Source: Candidatus Syntropharchaeum caldarium (GTDB lineage Archaea; Halobacteriota; Syntropharchaeia; Syntropharchaeales; Syntropharchaeaceae). From it: DNA of 32,000 bases. Both the position numbers and the translations under genes were made by a program. The notes beneath the pieces were generated by a model. That model saw only the letters and a program-made list of their open reading frames with translations. It made no database searches and was not told where the DNA came from. Shown here piece after piece: positions 7,109-15,042 of the stretch (within the stretch, counting starts at the first letter, position 1; the number at the start of each line of letters is the position of its first letter). The DNA is taken from NCBI GenBank assembly GCA_001766815.1, contig LYOS01000003.1, positions 12,988 through 44,987 on the forward strand, in the 5' to 3' direction.

Positions 7109-9000
7109 ACGATCTAATCTTTCTTGGGGCGGCACTTCTTGCAGCAATGGCAGCGGTTCTCCTCTATGTGGTCGGGGCTGAACTCAAACGGAATGATCTG
7201 ATCGAGTGGGGAAAAGTCTCAACGCACTTAACTTTTATATTTATAACGATCGCATCGCTCCGGCTGTTTTATCTGCTCATCACTCATGACTTCCAGAATA
7301 TGTATGTTGCAACGTACACAAGTCGGGATCTCCCACTTTTCTATGTCGTATCAGCCTTCTGGGCAGGTCAGCAGGGTTCATTCCTTCTATGGGTCTGGCT
7401 CATTGCGATCTTTGCATCGGCTCTGCTTTTTATTAAGAAGGATGATGAACGCTTCATGGCATACACCCTGGCGATGCTTGCTGCGATCATGGTCGGATTT
7501 CTCTACATCCTTGTTACAGTATCAAATCCATTTGAACGACTTGATTTTATACCAGCAGACGGAAATGGGCTGAATCCACTCCTGCAGGATCCAGGCATGG
7601 TGCTACACCCGCCCGTGCTCTTCATCGGGTATGCAGGGTTGGCTGTTCCCTTCGCGTTTGCCGTTGCTGGTGTTATCATGAAACGGGACTGGATTAAATC
7701 TGCAAGAAGCTGGCTCATCCTGGCATGGGTAGCTCTCTCAATGGGTAATATCATTGGTGCATGGTGGGCATACCATGTGCTTGGGTGGGGTGGATACTGG
7801 GCATGGGACCCGGTCGAGAACTCGTCACTTCTACCCTGGCTAACAGCATCAGCACTGCTCCACACCATGATGATCGAGGAGAAAACGGGAAAAATGCGTC
7901 TCTCAAACTTTCTCCTTATCTCAATCACCTTCATTCTTGTCCTGTACGGGACATTCCTGACACGAAGCGGCATCCTCGAATCGGTCCACGCATTTGCAAA
8001 CTCCGGGCTCGGTGGCATACTGATGGGATTTTTGCTCATCATACTGACAGCATCTGTGAGGCTCATGATAAGAAGAAGGGATTACCTCAAATCAGATCCA
8101 GTTGGGTTTGATCTATCGCGATCAGGGCTCATACTGATCACTTCCATCCTGCTTGTTATATCTACAGGGACGGTTCTTGCAGGAAGTTTCTATCCATTGA
8201 TTCTTGAGTTTACAGGTGGGGTTCAGCAGATGGTTCAGGCTGAATATTATAACACGATGAATGTCCCGATCGCAGTCATGATTCTCCTGCTTCTTGGAGT
8301 TTGTCCCCTGATTGGCTGGCGGCGGTACACTATGATGGAGTTGAAGAAAAATGTCATGGTTTCAGCGATATCTGCGGTAACAGTTCTTGTAATTGCACTT
8401 ATTGGAGGCATTAGAAATCTTATTGCACTTTCTGGCATCATAGCGTGCACATTTGCTCTTACAACCCATATATTTGAGTTTTACACTACAAAAAAATCTG
8501 GAAATAATATTCTTGATGCTATAGGCAAAAACCATCGCCGTTTCGGGGGATACATCGTTCATATCTCGCTAATTGTAATGGTAATCGGCGTCTGTGGCTC
8601 TTCGATCTATGATGAGCGAGATATCTTCACACTTCAGATAGGTTCAGAGCATACAATCGGCGATTACACGATGAGATATGGTGGTACAGAGATGATCCCT
8701 TCGAAATCTGGTGTCTACTATGTTGCAATCGTTGATCTGTACAGGGATGGCAGGGTTATTGGACGAGCCATGCCAGATGTGTACTACTCATATCGATTTG
8801 ATCAGACGTATCAGCATGTCTATATCAAAAGCACACTATTGGAGGATTTCTATCTTGTATATCAGGGGTCTGAGCAAGGATACGCTCTTTTTGAAGTGCG
8901 GATTCTTCCCCTTGTAAGTTTCATCTGGTGGGGTGGCATTCTACTTCTCCTGGGTGGGATTGTTGCCCTTATGCCTGATAAGAGGAGAAATGAAAAATGA
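7105..9000 (+). CDS. ccmF: Cytochrome c maturation heme lyase CcmF
   Basis: Polytopic membrane protein with the WWD motif WGGYWAWDPVENSSLLPW (about 7783-7850). ATG 7105 overlaps the ccmE stop (ATGA). Length is 631 aa from this start. Confidence 0.9.
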   Translation: MNDLIFLGAALLAAMAAVLLYVVGAELKRNDLIEWGKVSTHLTFIFITIASLRLFYLLITHDFQNMYVATYTSRDLPLFYVVSAFWAGQQGSFLLWVWLIAIFASALLFIKKDDERFMAYTLAMLAAIMVGFLYILVTVSNPFERLDFIPADGNGLNPLLQDPGMVLHPPVLFIGYAGLAVPFAFAVAGVIMKRDWIKSARSWLILAWVALSMGNIIGAWWAYHVLGWGGYWAWDPVENSSLLPWLTASALLHTMMIEEKTGKMRLSNFLLISITFILVLYGTFLTRSGILESVHAFANSGLGGILMGFLLIILTASVRLMIRRRDYLKSDPVGFDLSRSGLILITSILLVISTGTVLAGSFYPLILEFTGGVQQMVQAEYYNTMNVPIAVMILLLLGVCPLIGWRRYTMMELKKNVMVSAISAVTVLVIALIGGIRNLIALSGIIACTFALTTHIFEFYTTKKSGNNILDAIGKNHRRFGGYIVHISLIVMVIGVCGSSIYDERDIFTLQIGSEHTIGDYTMRYGGTEMIPSKSGVYYVAIVDLYRDGRVIGRAMPDVYYSYRFDQTYQHVYIKSTLLEDFYLVYQGSEQGYALFEVRILPLVSFIWWGGILLLLGGIVALMPDKRRNEK

Positions 9001-9632
9001 AGGCTGAACGAATATTTTTCATACTGATAGTTACTTCTCTACTCTTCATGCCGTATGCTTCTGCCGGGTCAGATGATGCCGAGATCGAGATTGTTATGAG
9101 CCACATCTTTATTACCCCTGCCACAGATCATCTTGAGGTCACTGAAGTTCTTGCTTTCAAAAACGTGGGCCCAGTTACTTTTAATGGAACGATCGAGCCA
9201 ACACCCTTTGATGGGTGGCAAAATCTTGATGCAGAGCCTTTCACAGGAGAAATACAGGCAAACGAGAGTGTGCAGATGATGCTCTCATACAATATCGAGA
9301 TCTCTGGCGAGACTGTAAAACTTACAAAGATCACACCATATACGATCAAAACAGTGAGCCTCTTTCTACCGGTAGAAAGGGGTCTTATAGTGGATGATAA
9401 AGGAAGCTTTGAGTCTGTAACCGGCAGCACGATCCGGGGGAACGAGTATTACGTACTCGAATCGTATGATGTACCCCCTGAATCCACCATCTGGGCAAGC
9501 TTCGGTATACCACAACACGAGAAGGTGACTGATGAAACTGATTACGATATTGGAGTGATCGTTCTAATTATCGTACTCATCACGATAGCTCTTTTTCCGA
9601 ATTTAAGGGACTACCTGAGGAAGAGAGATTAG
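8997..9632 (+). CDS. Exported, C-terminally membrane-anchored protein of unknown function, translationally coupled to ccmF
   Basis: Sec-type signal peptide (MKAERIFFILIVTSLLFMPYASAGS), a cysteine-free beta-rich ectodomain, and a C-terminal TM plus basic tail (IGVIVLIIVLITIALFPNLRDYLRKRD). The ATG overlaps the ccmF stop (ATGA at 8997-9000). Confidence 0.6.
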   Translation: MKAERIFFILIVTSLLFMPYASAGSDDAEIEIVMSHIFITPATDHLEVTEVLAFKNVGPVTFNGTIEPTPFDGWQNLDAEPFTGEIQANESVQMMLSYNIEISGETVKLTKITPYTIKTVSLFLPVERGLIVDDKGSFESVTGSTIRGNEYYVLESYDVPPESTIWASFGIPQHEKVTDETDYDIGVIVLIIVLITIALFPNLRDYLRKRD

Positions 9633-10593
9633 ATGAGGAGGAGGAAGTGGGCTGTAACTGCGGTAATTCAATTCCCATCGCCTCAACCATATCTTTGTAT
9701 CGATTTCTGATCGTGACCTCTGTAACACCTGTCGCTGCTGCAACTTCCTTCTGCGTCCGTGTGATCCCACACATCCTTGCTGCTATATATATCGCAGCCG
9801 CAGCGATTGAAATTGGACCTTTGCCAACGGTAAGTTCCTGTGTCTCCGCCTTATTCACAATTTCAACCGCTTTTGTACGCACGTCCTCCTTCAGACCAAG
9901 ACGTGAACAGAACCTTGATACAAATTCCACCGGAGAGGATGGCTGCAGCTTGAAGTCAAGTTCTCGTGAAAGGAAGCGATATGTTCTTCCGATTTCTTTT
10001 TGTTTAACTCTTGAGACGCTGCCAACCTCCTCAAGCGTTCTTGGTATGCCCTTCTGTCTGCAAACTGCATAAAGGATTGCTGTCGCAAGTCCTTCAACGC
10101 TCCGTCCCCGGATAAGATCTTTTTCCATCGCTTTGCGGTACATAAGTGCTGCGGCCTCACGTACATCTTTTGAGAGTCCGAGCGCTGACCCCATCCGATC
10201 GATCTCAGAGATCGCAAAGATGAGGCTCCGCTCGCTTGAACTGCTAACGCGCACCCTATTCTGCCATTTTCGAAGTCGATGGATGTTAGCTGCACTCTTA
10301 CCATGCACATTTGCATCGCGCCAGTCGATGAATGTGCTGAGTCCTTTATCATGGATCATGTACGTCATAGGAGCACCGGTTCGTGCCCGCTTCACCATCT
10401 GTTCATAGTCGAATGCTCTCCATTCGGCACCCTGATCCATGATATTCTCCTCGATAACGAGTCCACATGAATCACAGATTATTTCCCCTCTTTCATAGTC
10501 CTGCTTTAAGATTGGTGAATCACATTCAGGACATTTCGTAGCAGCCCTGTACACTCGCTGCTCCTCTTCCGCTTTTTCCTTTGCTTCAGTCAT
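9580..10593 (-). CDS. tfb: Transcription initiation factor TFB (TFIIB homolog)
   Basis: N-terminal Zn ribbon CPECDSPILKQDYERGEIICDSCG, a B-reader region (DQGAEWRAFD), and two cyclin-fold repeats. It ends in an unusual Ser-rich C-terminal tail. The 3' end overlaps the convergent gene by 53 nt. Confidence 0.9.
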   Translation of the reverse strand: MTEAKEKAEEEQRVYRAATKCPECDSPILKQDYERGEIICDSCGLVIEENIMDQGAEWRAFDYEQMVKRARTGAPMTYMIHDKGLSTFIDWRDANVHGKSAANIHRLRKWQNRVRVSSSSERSLIFAISEIDRMGSALGLSKDVREAAALMYRKAMEKDLIRGRSVEGLATAILYAVCRQKGIPRTLEEVGSVSRVKQKEIGRTYRFLSRELDFKLQPSSPVEFVSRFCSRLGLKEDVRTKAVEIVNKAETQELTVGKGPISIAAAAIYIAARMCGITRTQKEVAAATGVTEVTIRNRYKDMVEAMGIELPQLQPTSSSSSNLSSSGSPLNSEKELS

Positions 10594-11021
10594 GCCTTCC
10601 CCCCTTCGGTATCTACAGTCATGCCATTCATGGCATGGAGTGAAAGCTGGCTTTTAGGTATATTCAGGATGGACTCGACATGCTTCAGGAAGCAGATTCG
10701 ATCCGTAAGTGGCATCTTTGATATAAACATCTCAACATCATCCTTTACTCGCTCAAAAAGCGCCTCTTTGCACTCATCTCTCACTGTATATATTTTTTTG
10801 TATCTACCTTTAATACCATTATCCTGGGTGACCTTGCCACAGAGAAGATTGAACTCCTCCATCTTCTTCAAATGCTGGCTGATAGCCGAGATTGAGATGG
10901 AAAGCCCGGCACACTTTTCCAGGCTATATGCTGTGTGTCCATTCGTATTACTCTCAAGTAACATAGAGAGTATTATTCTACGATTTGGGTTGCTCAAGAT
11001 TATATCTATCTCTTTTTGCAC
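10590..11021 (-). CDS. ArsR-family winged helix-turn-helix transcriptional regulator
   Basis: ILSNPNRRIILSMLLE...YSLEKCAGLSISISAISQHLKKMEEFNLL...KGRYKKIYTV matches the ArsR/SmtB-type wHTH pattern. GTG start is preceded by GGGTGAG. The stop overlaps the tfb ATG (ATGA at 10590-10593). Confidence 0.65.
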   Translation of the reverse strand: MQKEIDIILSNPNRRIILSMLLESNTNGHTAYSLEKCAGLSISISAISQHLKKMEEFNLLCGKVTQDNGIKGRYKKIYTVRDECKEALFERVKDDVEMFISKMPLTDRICFLKHVESILNIPKSQLSLHAMNGMTVDTEGGKA

Positions 11022-11060
11022 AGGCTCACCCGCATTTAGAATGGTTAGAATTTCTCACCA

Positions 11061-11089
11061 TATTATACTGCTCAGTAATAATATATAAA
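11061..11089 (-). promoter_or_regulatory. Candidate TATA elements for the wHTH-tfb operon
   Basis: On the minus strand, TTTATATA (complement of 11082-11089) and GTATAATA (complement of 11061-11068) lie about 40-65 nt upstream of the GTG start at 11021. Confidence 0.3.
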
Positions 11090-11186
11090 GGTTGCGGTAT
11101 CTGGTGCTGATCAACGCTGAATACATCCTGATTGATGCGTCAGCTGTATGTGATTTGTGTATGGATGGTTCAAACAATCGTGGGTG

Positions 11187-11202
11187 CAAAAGACTTTTAT
11201 AG
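11187..11202 (+). promoter_or_regulatory. Candidate BRE/TATA promoter for the tRNA-Lys / rpoH transcription unit
   Basis: Purine-rich CAAAAGAC is followed by TTTTATAG. The predicted TSS near 11225 would give an ~85-nt leader before the tRNA. Confidence 0.35.
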
Positions 11203-11307
11203 AAGCGACCGTACTATTGATTGAAATCTGTCATGCTTAGGCTATTCTATCTACTGTGGGTGGTGCAATCAGGATAATGCGGAAAACAGATCGTAATGAT
11301 AAAAAGA

Positions 11308-11381
11308 GGGCTCGTAGCTCAGTTAGGCAGAGCACCTGGCTTTTAACCAGGTGGCCAAGGGTTCAAATCCCTTCGAGCCCG
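11308..11381 (+). tRNA. tRNA-Lys (anticodon UUU)
   Basis: Hand-folded cloverleaf. The acceptor stem GGGCTCG pairs with CGAGCCC, and the D arm is GCTC AGTTAGGC AGAGC. The anticodon stem CCTGG/CCAGG carries loop CTTTTAA. The variable loop is TGGCC, the T arm is AAGGG TTCAAAT CCCTT, and the discriminator is G. CCA is not encoded. Confidence 0.9.
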
Positions 11382-11396
11382 TGGAGGTTATAATAA

Positions 11397-11636
11397 ATGA
11401 AGGACGTAACCCTGTTAGATCATGAAATGGTACCAAAACATGAGATACTTTCGAAAGAGGAGGAAAAGTTGATTTTGAAAAAATATAATGCCTCCAAGGC
11501 TCAATTTCCAAAGATCTATCACAGTGATCCGATAATAAAGGAGATTGGAGCAGAGGTTGGTCAGATCATCAAAATAACACGTAATAGCAAAACTGCTGGT
11601 AAATCAATTGCGTATCGCGTTGTGGTAGATCAGTAA
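11397..11636 (+). CDS. rpoH: DNA-directed RNA polymerase subunit H (Rpo5)
   Basis: LDHEMVPKHEILSKEEEKLILKKYN...FPKI...DPIIKEIGAEVGQIIKITRNS...IAYRVVV is the canonical RpoH/Rpb5 C-terminal domain. GGAGGT lies 8-13 nt upstream of the ATG. Confidence 0.95.
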   Translation: MKDVTLLDHEMVPKHEILSKEEEKLILKKYNASKAQFPKIYHSDPIIKEIGAEVGQIIKITRNSKTAGKSIAYRVVVDQ

Positions 11637-11657
11637 GCAAATGTAGGGGGTCAAATT

Positions 11658-14600
11658 TTGTTAAACAGACGTATATTGTCGGAGGCGTATTTTACAAAGG
11701 ATAAGCTCGTGCAGCATCACATCGATTCGTTCAACGAGTTTCTCGAACATAGACTTCAGGCGATTGTTGATGAGCAGGGAGTGATCGAGACAACAATTGA
11801 GGGGGGTTCTGATCAGGATAAGTACAGGGTGTATGTTCAACTCGGTGAGATCAGAGTCTCTACACCCAAGGTCAAAGAGGCGGATGGATCGCGGGAAAAT
11901 CTTTTTCCAGCACAGGCACGCCTTAGAAACCTCACCTATTCCGCTCCGATCAACCTCGTGATGAAGGTTATACAGGAGTATGTGGCGAGTGGTGAGACCA
12001 ACGAAATTTTAGTGGAAGAGGTTGAGATCGGCGAACTTCCAATAATGGTTGGATCAAAGGCATGCAACCTCAAAGGACTCTCAAAAGAAGAGAGAATCAG
12101 AGCAGGCGAGGATCCACTTGACCCAGGAGGATATTTCATCATTAACGGCACGGAACGGGTTGTTATAACACTCGAAGATCTTGCGCCAAATAAGATACTT
12201 ACCGAATATGAGATGCGTTACGGAGATCAGGTCGAGATTGCAAAGGTCTTCTCGCAGCGATACGGCTACAGGGCGCTTGTGGTCATCGAACGTAACCGCA
12301 AATCAATCCTTGAAGTCTCATTCCCATCGATTCCTGGTAAAATCAACTTTGTAACGCTGATGCGGGCACTTGGTCTTGAAACCGACGAAGAGATCGTGAA
12401 CGCTGTATCAGACGATCCAGAGATCATCAAGTTCATGATGGAGAACCTGGAAGAGGCAGAGGTTGAAACTACTGAGGATGCAATGGATAAACTCGAGAAG
12501 AAGATCGCATCAGGGCAGGCAAAGGAGTATCGTGAGATAAGAACAAAGTATGTCCTCGACAGGTATTTGCTCCCGCATCTTGGTGAAGGAGAGGAGTCGT
12601 ACATCAAGAAAGCGCATTTCCTTGGTAGAATGGCTGAGGCATGCTTTGAACTTGCACTCGGACGCAGGGGTGAGGATGACAAGGATCATTACACAAATAA
12701 AAGGCTCAAACTCTCTGGTGAACTGATGGAGGACCTCTTCCGTGTTGCGTTCAATCGACTCCTCAAGGACATAAAGTACCAGCTTGAGCGGGCACATATG
12801 CGAAACAGAGAGCTCCAGGTTTCAACTGCTATACGATCTGATGTCCTGACAGAGCGTCTTTTCCATCCACTTGCAACCGGCAACTGGGTTGGTGGACGAA
12901 CAGGGGTCTCACAGCTCCTGGACAGAACAGACTACATGTCATTTCTTTCACATTTAAGACGGCTCATATCACCGTTGTCCCGTTCCCAGCCTCACTTTGA
13001 GGCACGAGATCTGCATCCCACCCAGTGGGGAAGGATCTGTCCGTCAGAGACACCAGAAGGACCAAATTGTGGGCTTGTCAAGAACTTTGCCCAGATGGTC
13101 GAGTTATCACGTGATATAACCGAGGAGGAAAACGCGAAACTCAACGAAGCACTCGAAGAGCTTGGTATGATACCAATGAGCCGACTGACCCATGCCACAG
13201 AATCTGAAGGGATGCCAGAACCTAACACAAGAATCTTCCACAACGGTGATCTGATCGGTATGTGCGCCAATCCATCTGAGATAGTGCGATCAATAATCCA
13301 GATGCGCCGAGAAGGAGCGATTTCAAGATATATAAATATCGCCTATCATGGAACAACCAAGGAAGTATTTATAAACTCAGATCGTGGGCGGATGCGCAGG
13401 CCGCTGATCGTGGTAGAGGCTGGATCACCTCGCATTACAAACGATCACATCGAACATCTCGCAAAGGGGAACATAAAATTTGATGATCTGGTTGATAACG
13501 GTTTTATCGAGTTTCTTGATCCTGAAGAAGAAGAGGACGCGCTGGTTGCAATAAACGAGGAGGATCTCACGCTCAACCACACACACCTTGAGCTTGATCC
13601 TGCACTGATTCTTGGAATCTGCGCAGGTATGGTTCCCTACCCTGAACACAACGCCTCGCCGCGTAATACGATGGGCGCTGGAATGATAAAGCAGTCACTG
13701 GGGGTCAGCGCAACAAATTTCAAACTGCGAGGAGATACGACAAACCACCTTCTGCACTATCCACAACGTGCAATCACAAATACACAGACAGCAACCTCGA
13801 TAGGCTTCAACGAGCGGCCATCGGGGCAGAATTTTGTTGTAGCAATCCTCTCTTATGAAGGGTACAACATCGAGGATGCATTGATCGTGAATAAAGGATC
13901 GATTGAGCGTGGACTTGGAAGAAGTCACTTCTTCAGGACGTACGGTGGGGAAGAGAATCGCTACCCGGGTGGACAGGAGGATATATTTGAGGTACCTGAT
14001 ATCGAGGTTGCAGGGTGCAGGGGCAGTGAGTTCTACAGCCATCTTGACAGCGATGGTATCGTAAACCCTGAGACCGTTGTTGGCCCAAATGATGTTTTGA
14101 TCGGGCGAACAAGCCCACCGAGATTCCTCGAAGAACCAGCCGATATCGGCATTACACCCCAGCAACGCAGAGAAACATCGATTACGATGCGTTCGAACGA
14201 GAAAGGGGTTGTTGATACGGTCATCCTCTCTGAATCTGAGAATGGATCGAAACTTGTTAAAGTGACTGTGAGAGACCAGCGAATACCTGAAATTGGAGAT
14301 AAGTTTGCATCCAGACACGGACAAAAAGGCGTAATCGGATTGATCCTTCCTACAACCGATATGCCGTTCACAGAGAGCGGTCTCGTACCGGATCTCATTG
14401 TGAACCCACATGCGATTCCTTCAAGGATGACGGTTGGGCATGTGCTTGAGATGATCGGGGGTAAAGTCGGTTCGATGGAAGGCAGATTCATCGATGCCAC
14501 CGCCTTCTCTGGTGAAAAGGAAACTGACCTCAGATCGGCGCTTGCGAAGTTTGGGTTCTCACACACGGGTAAGGAGGTCATGTACAACGGAATCACAGGT

Positions 14601-15032
14601 GAAAAGTTCAATGTTGATATATTCGTCGGCGTTATCCTTTACCAGAAGCTATACCACATGGTTGCATCCAAAGTACATGCCAGATCAAAAGGTCCTGTAC
14701 AGGTTCTAACGCGCCAGCCGACCGAAGGGAGAGCAAGGGAAGGTGGATTGAGATTTGGTGAGATGGAACGGGACGTACTGATTGGATATGGTGCATCACT
14801 CACGCTCAAGGAGCGATTGCTTGATGAGTCGGACAAAGTTGTGTTGCTTGTATGTGAACGTTGCGGGATGGTCGCAAACTTCGACAGGAGATTGAATCGT
14901 GTTCACTGCCCTAACTGTCAGTCAGATACTGACATCCACTATGTTGAGATGAGCTATGCCTTCAAGCTCTTGCTGGATGAGATGAAGGCACTCTGTATTA
15001 CGCCGCGTCTTGTCCTGGAGGACGCCGCGTAG
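11658..15032 (+). CDS. rpoB: DNA-directed RNA polymerase subunit B (Rpo2), unsplit
   Basis: [11 protein letters not shown] at the N-terminus, [13 protein letters not shown], and the C-terminal Zn motif CERCG...HCPNC. Length is 1124 aa in one frame. TTG is the only start possible between the rpoH stop and the conserved N-terminus, and it is preceded by GGGGGT. Confidence 0.95.
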   Translation: MLNRRILSEAYFTKDKLVQHHIDSFNEFLEHRLQAIVDEQGVIETTIEGGSDQDKYRVYVQLGEIRVSTPKVKEADGSRENLFPAQARLRNLTYSAPINLVMKVIQEYVASGETNEILVEEVEIGELPIMVGSKACNLKGLSKEERIRAGEDPLDPGGYFIINGTERVVITLEDLAPNKILTEYEMRYGDQVEIAKVFSQRYGYRALVVIERNRKSILEVSFPSIPGKINFVTLMRALGLETDEEIVNAVSDDPEIIKFMMENLEEAEVETTEDAMDKLEKKIASGQAKEYREIRTKYVLDRYLLPHLGEGEESYIKKAHFLGRMAEACFELALGRRGEDDKDHYTNKRLKLSGELMEDLFRVAFNRLLKDIKYQLERAHMRNRELQVSTAIRSDVLTERLFHPLATGNWVGGRTGVSQLLDRTDYMSFLSHLRRLISPLSRSQPHFEARDLHPTQWGRICPSETPEGPNCGLVKNFAQMVELSRDITEEENAKLNEALEELGMIPMSRLTHATESEGMPEPNTRIFHNGDLIGMCANPSEIVRSIIQMRREGAISRYINIAYHGTTKEVFINSDRGRMRRPLIVVEAGSPRITNDHIEHLAKGNIKFDDLVDNGFIEFLDPEEEEDALVAINEEDLTLNHTHLELDPALILGICAGMVPYPEHNASPRNTMGAGMIKQSLGVSATNFKLRGDTTNHLLHYPQRAITNTQTATSIGFNERPSGQNFVVAILSYEGYNIEDALIVNKGSIERGLGRSHFFRTYGGEENRYPGGQEDIFEVPDIEVAGCRGSEFYSHLDSDGIVNPETVVGPNDVLIGRTSPPRFLEEPADIGITPQQRRETSITMRSNEKGVVDTVILSESENGSKLVKVTVRDQRIPEIGDKFASRHGQKGVIGLILPTTDMPFTESGLVPDLIVNPHAIPSRMTVGHVLEMIGGKVGSMEGRFIDATAFSGEKETDLRSALAKFGFSHTGKEVMYNGITGEKFNVDIFVGVILYQKLYHMVASKVHARSKGPVQVLTRQPTEGRAREGGLRFGEMERDVLIGYGASLTLKERLLDESDKVVLLVCERCGMVANFDRRLNRVHCPNCQSDTDIHYVEMSYAFKLLLDEMKALCITPRLVLEDAA

Positions 15033-15042
15033 GAGGAATGAA

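Noticed and set aside
9647-10072. 141-aa plus-strand ORF with Ala/Ser/Cys-rich sequence.
   Set aside because: It is antisense to the conserved cyclin-fold region of tfb, so it is a shadow ORF.
11107-11140. Three CTGA boxes spaced 10-11 nt apart followed by TTGATGC, considered as a C/D-box sRNA.
   Set aside because: There is no canonical RUGAUGA C box upstream of the D-like boxes, no terminal stem, and the element order is wrong. The pattern probably arose by chance in the intergenic spacer.
13695-14411. 238-aa minus-strand ORF inside rpoB, plus several other 60-190-aa ORFs antisense to rpoB and rpoA1.
   Set aside because: They lie entirely within strongly conserved RNAP coding sequence on the opposite strand. 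They have low-complexity or Cys/Arg-rich composition and no start context, so they are typical shadow ORFs.
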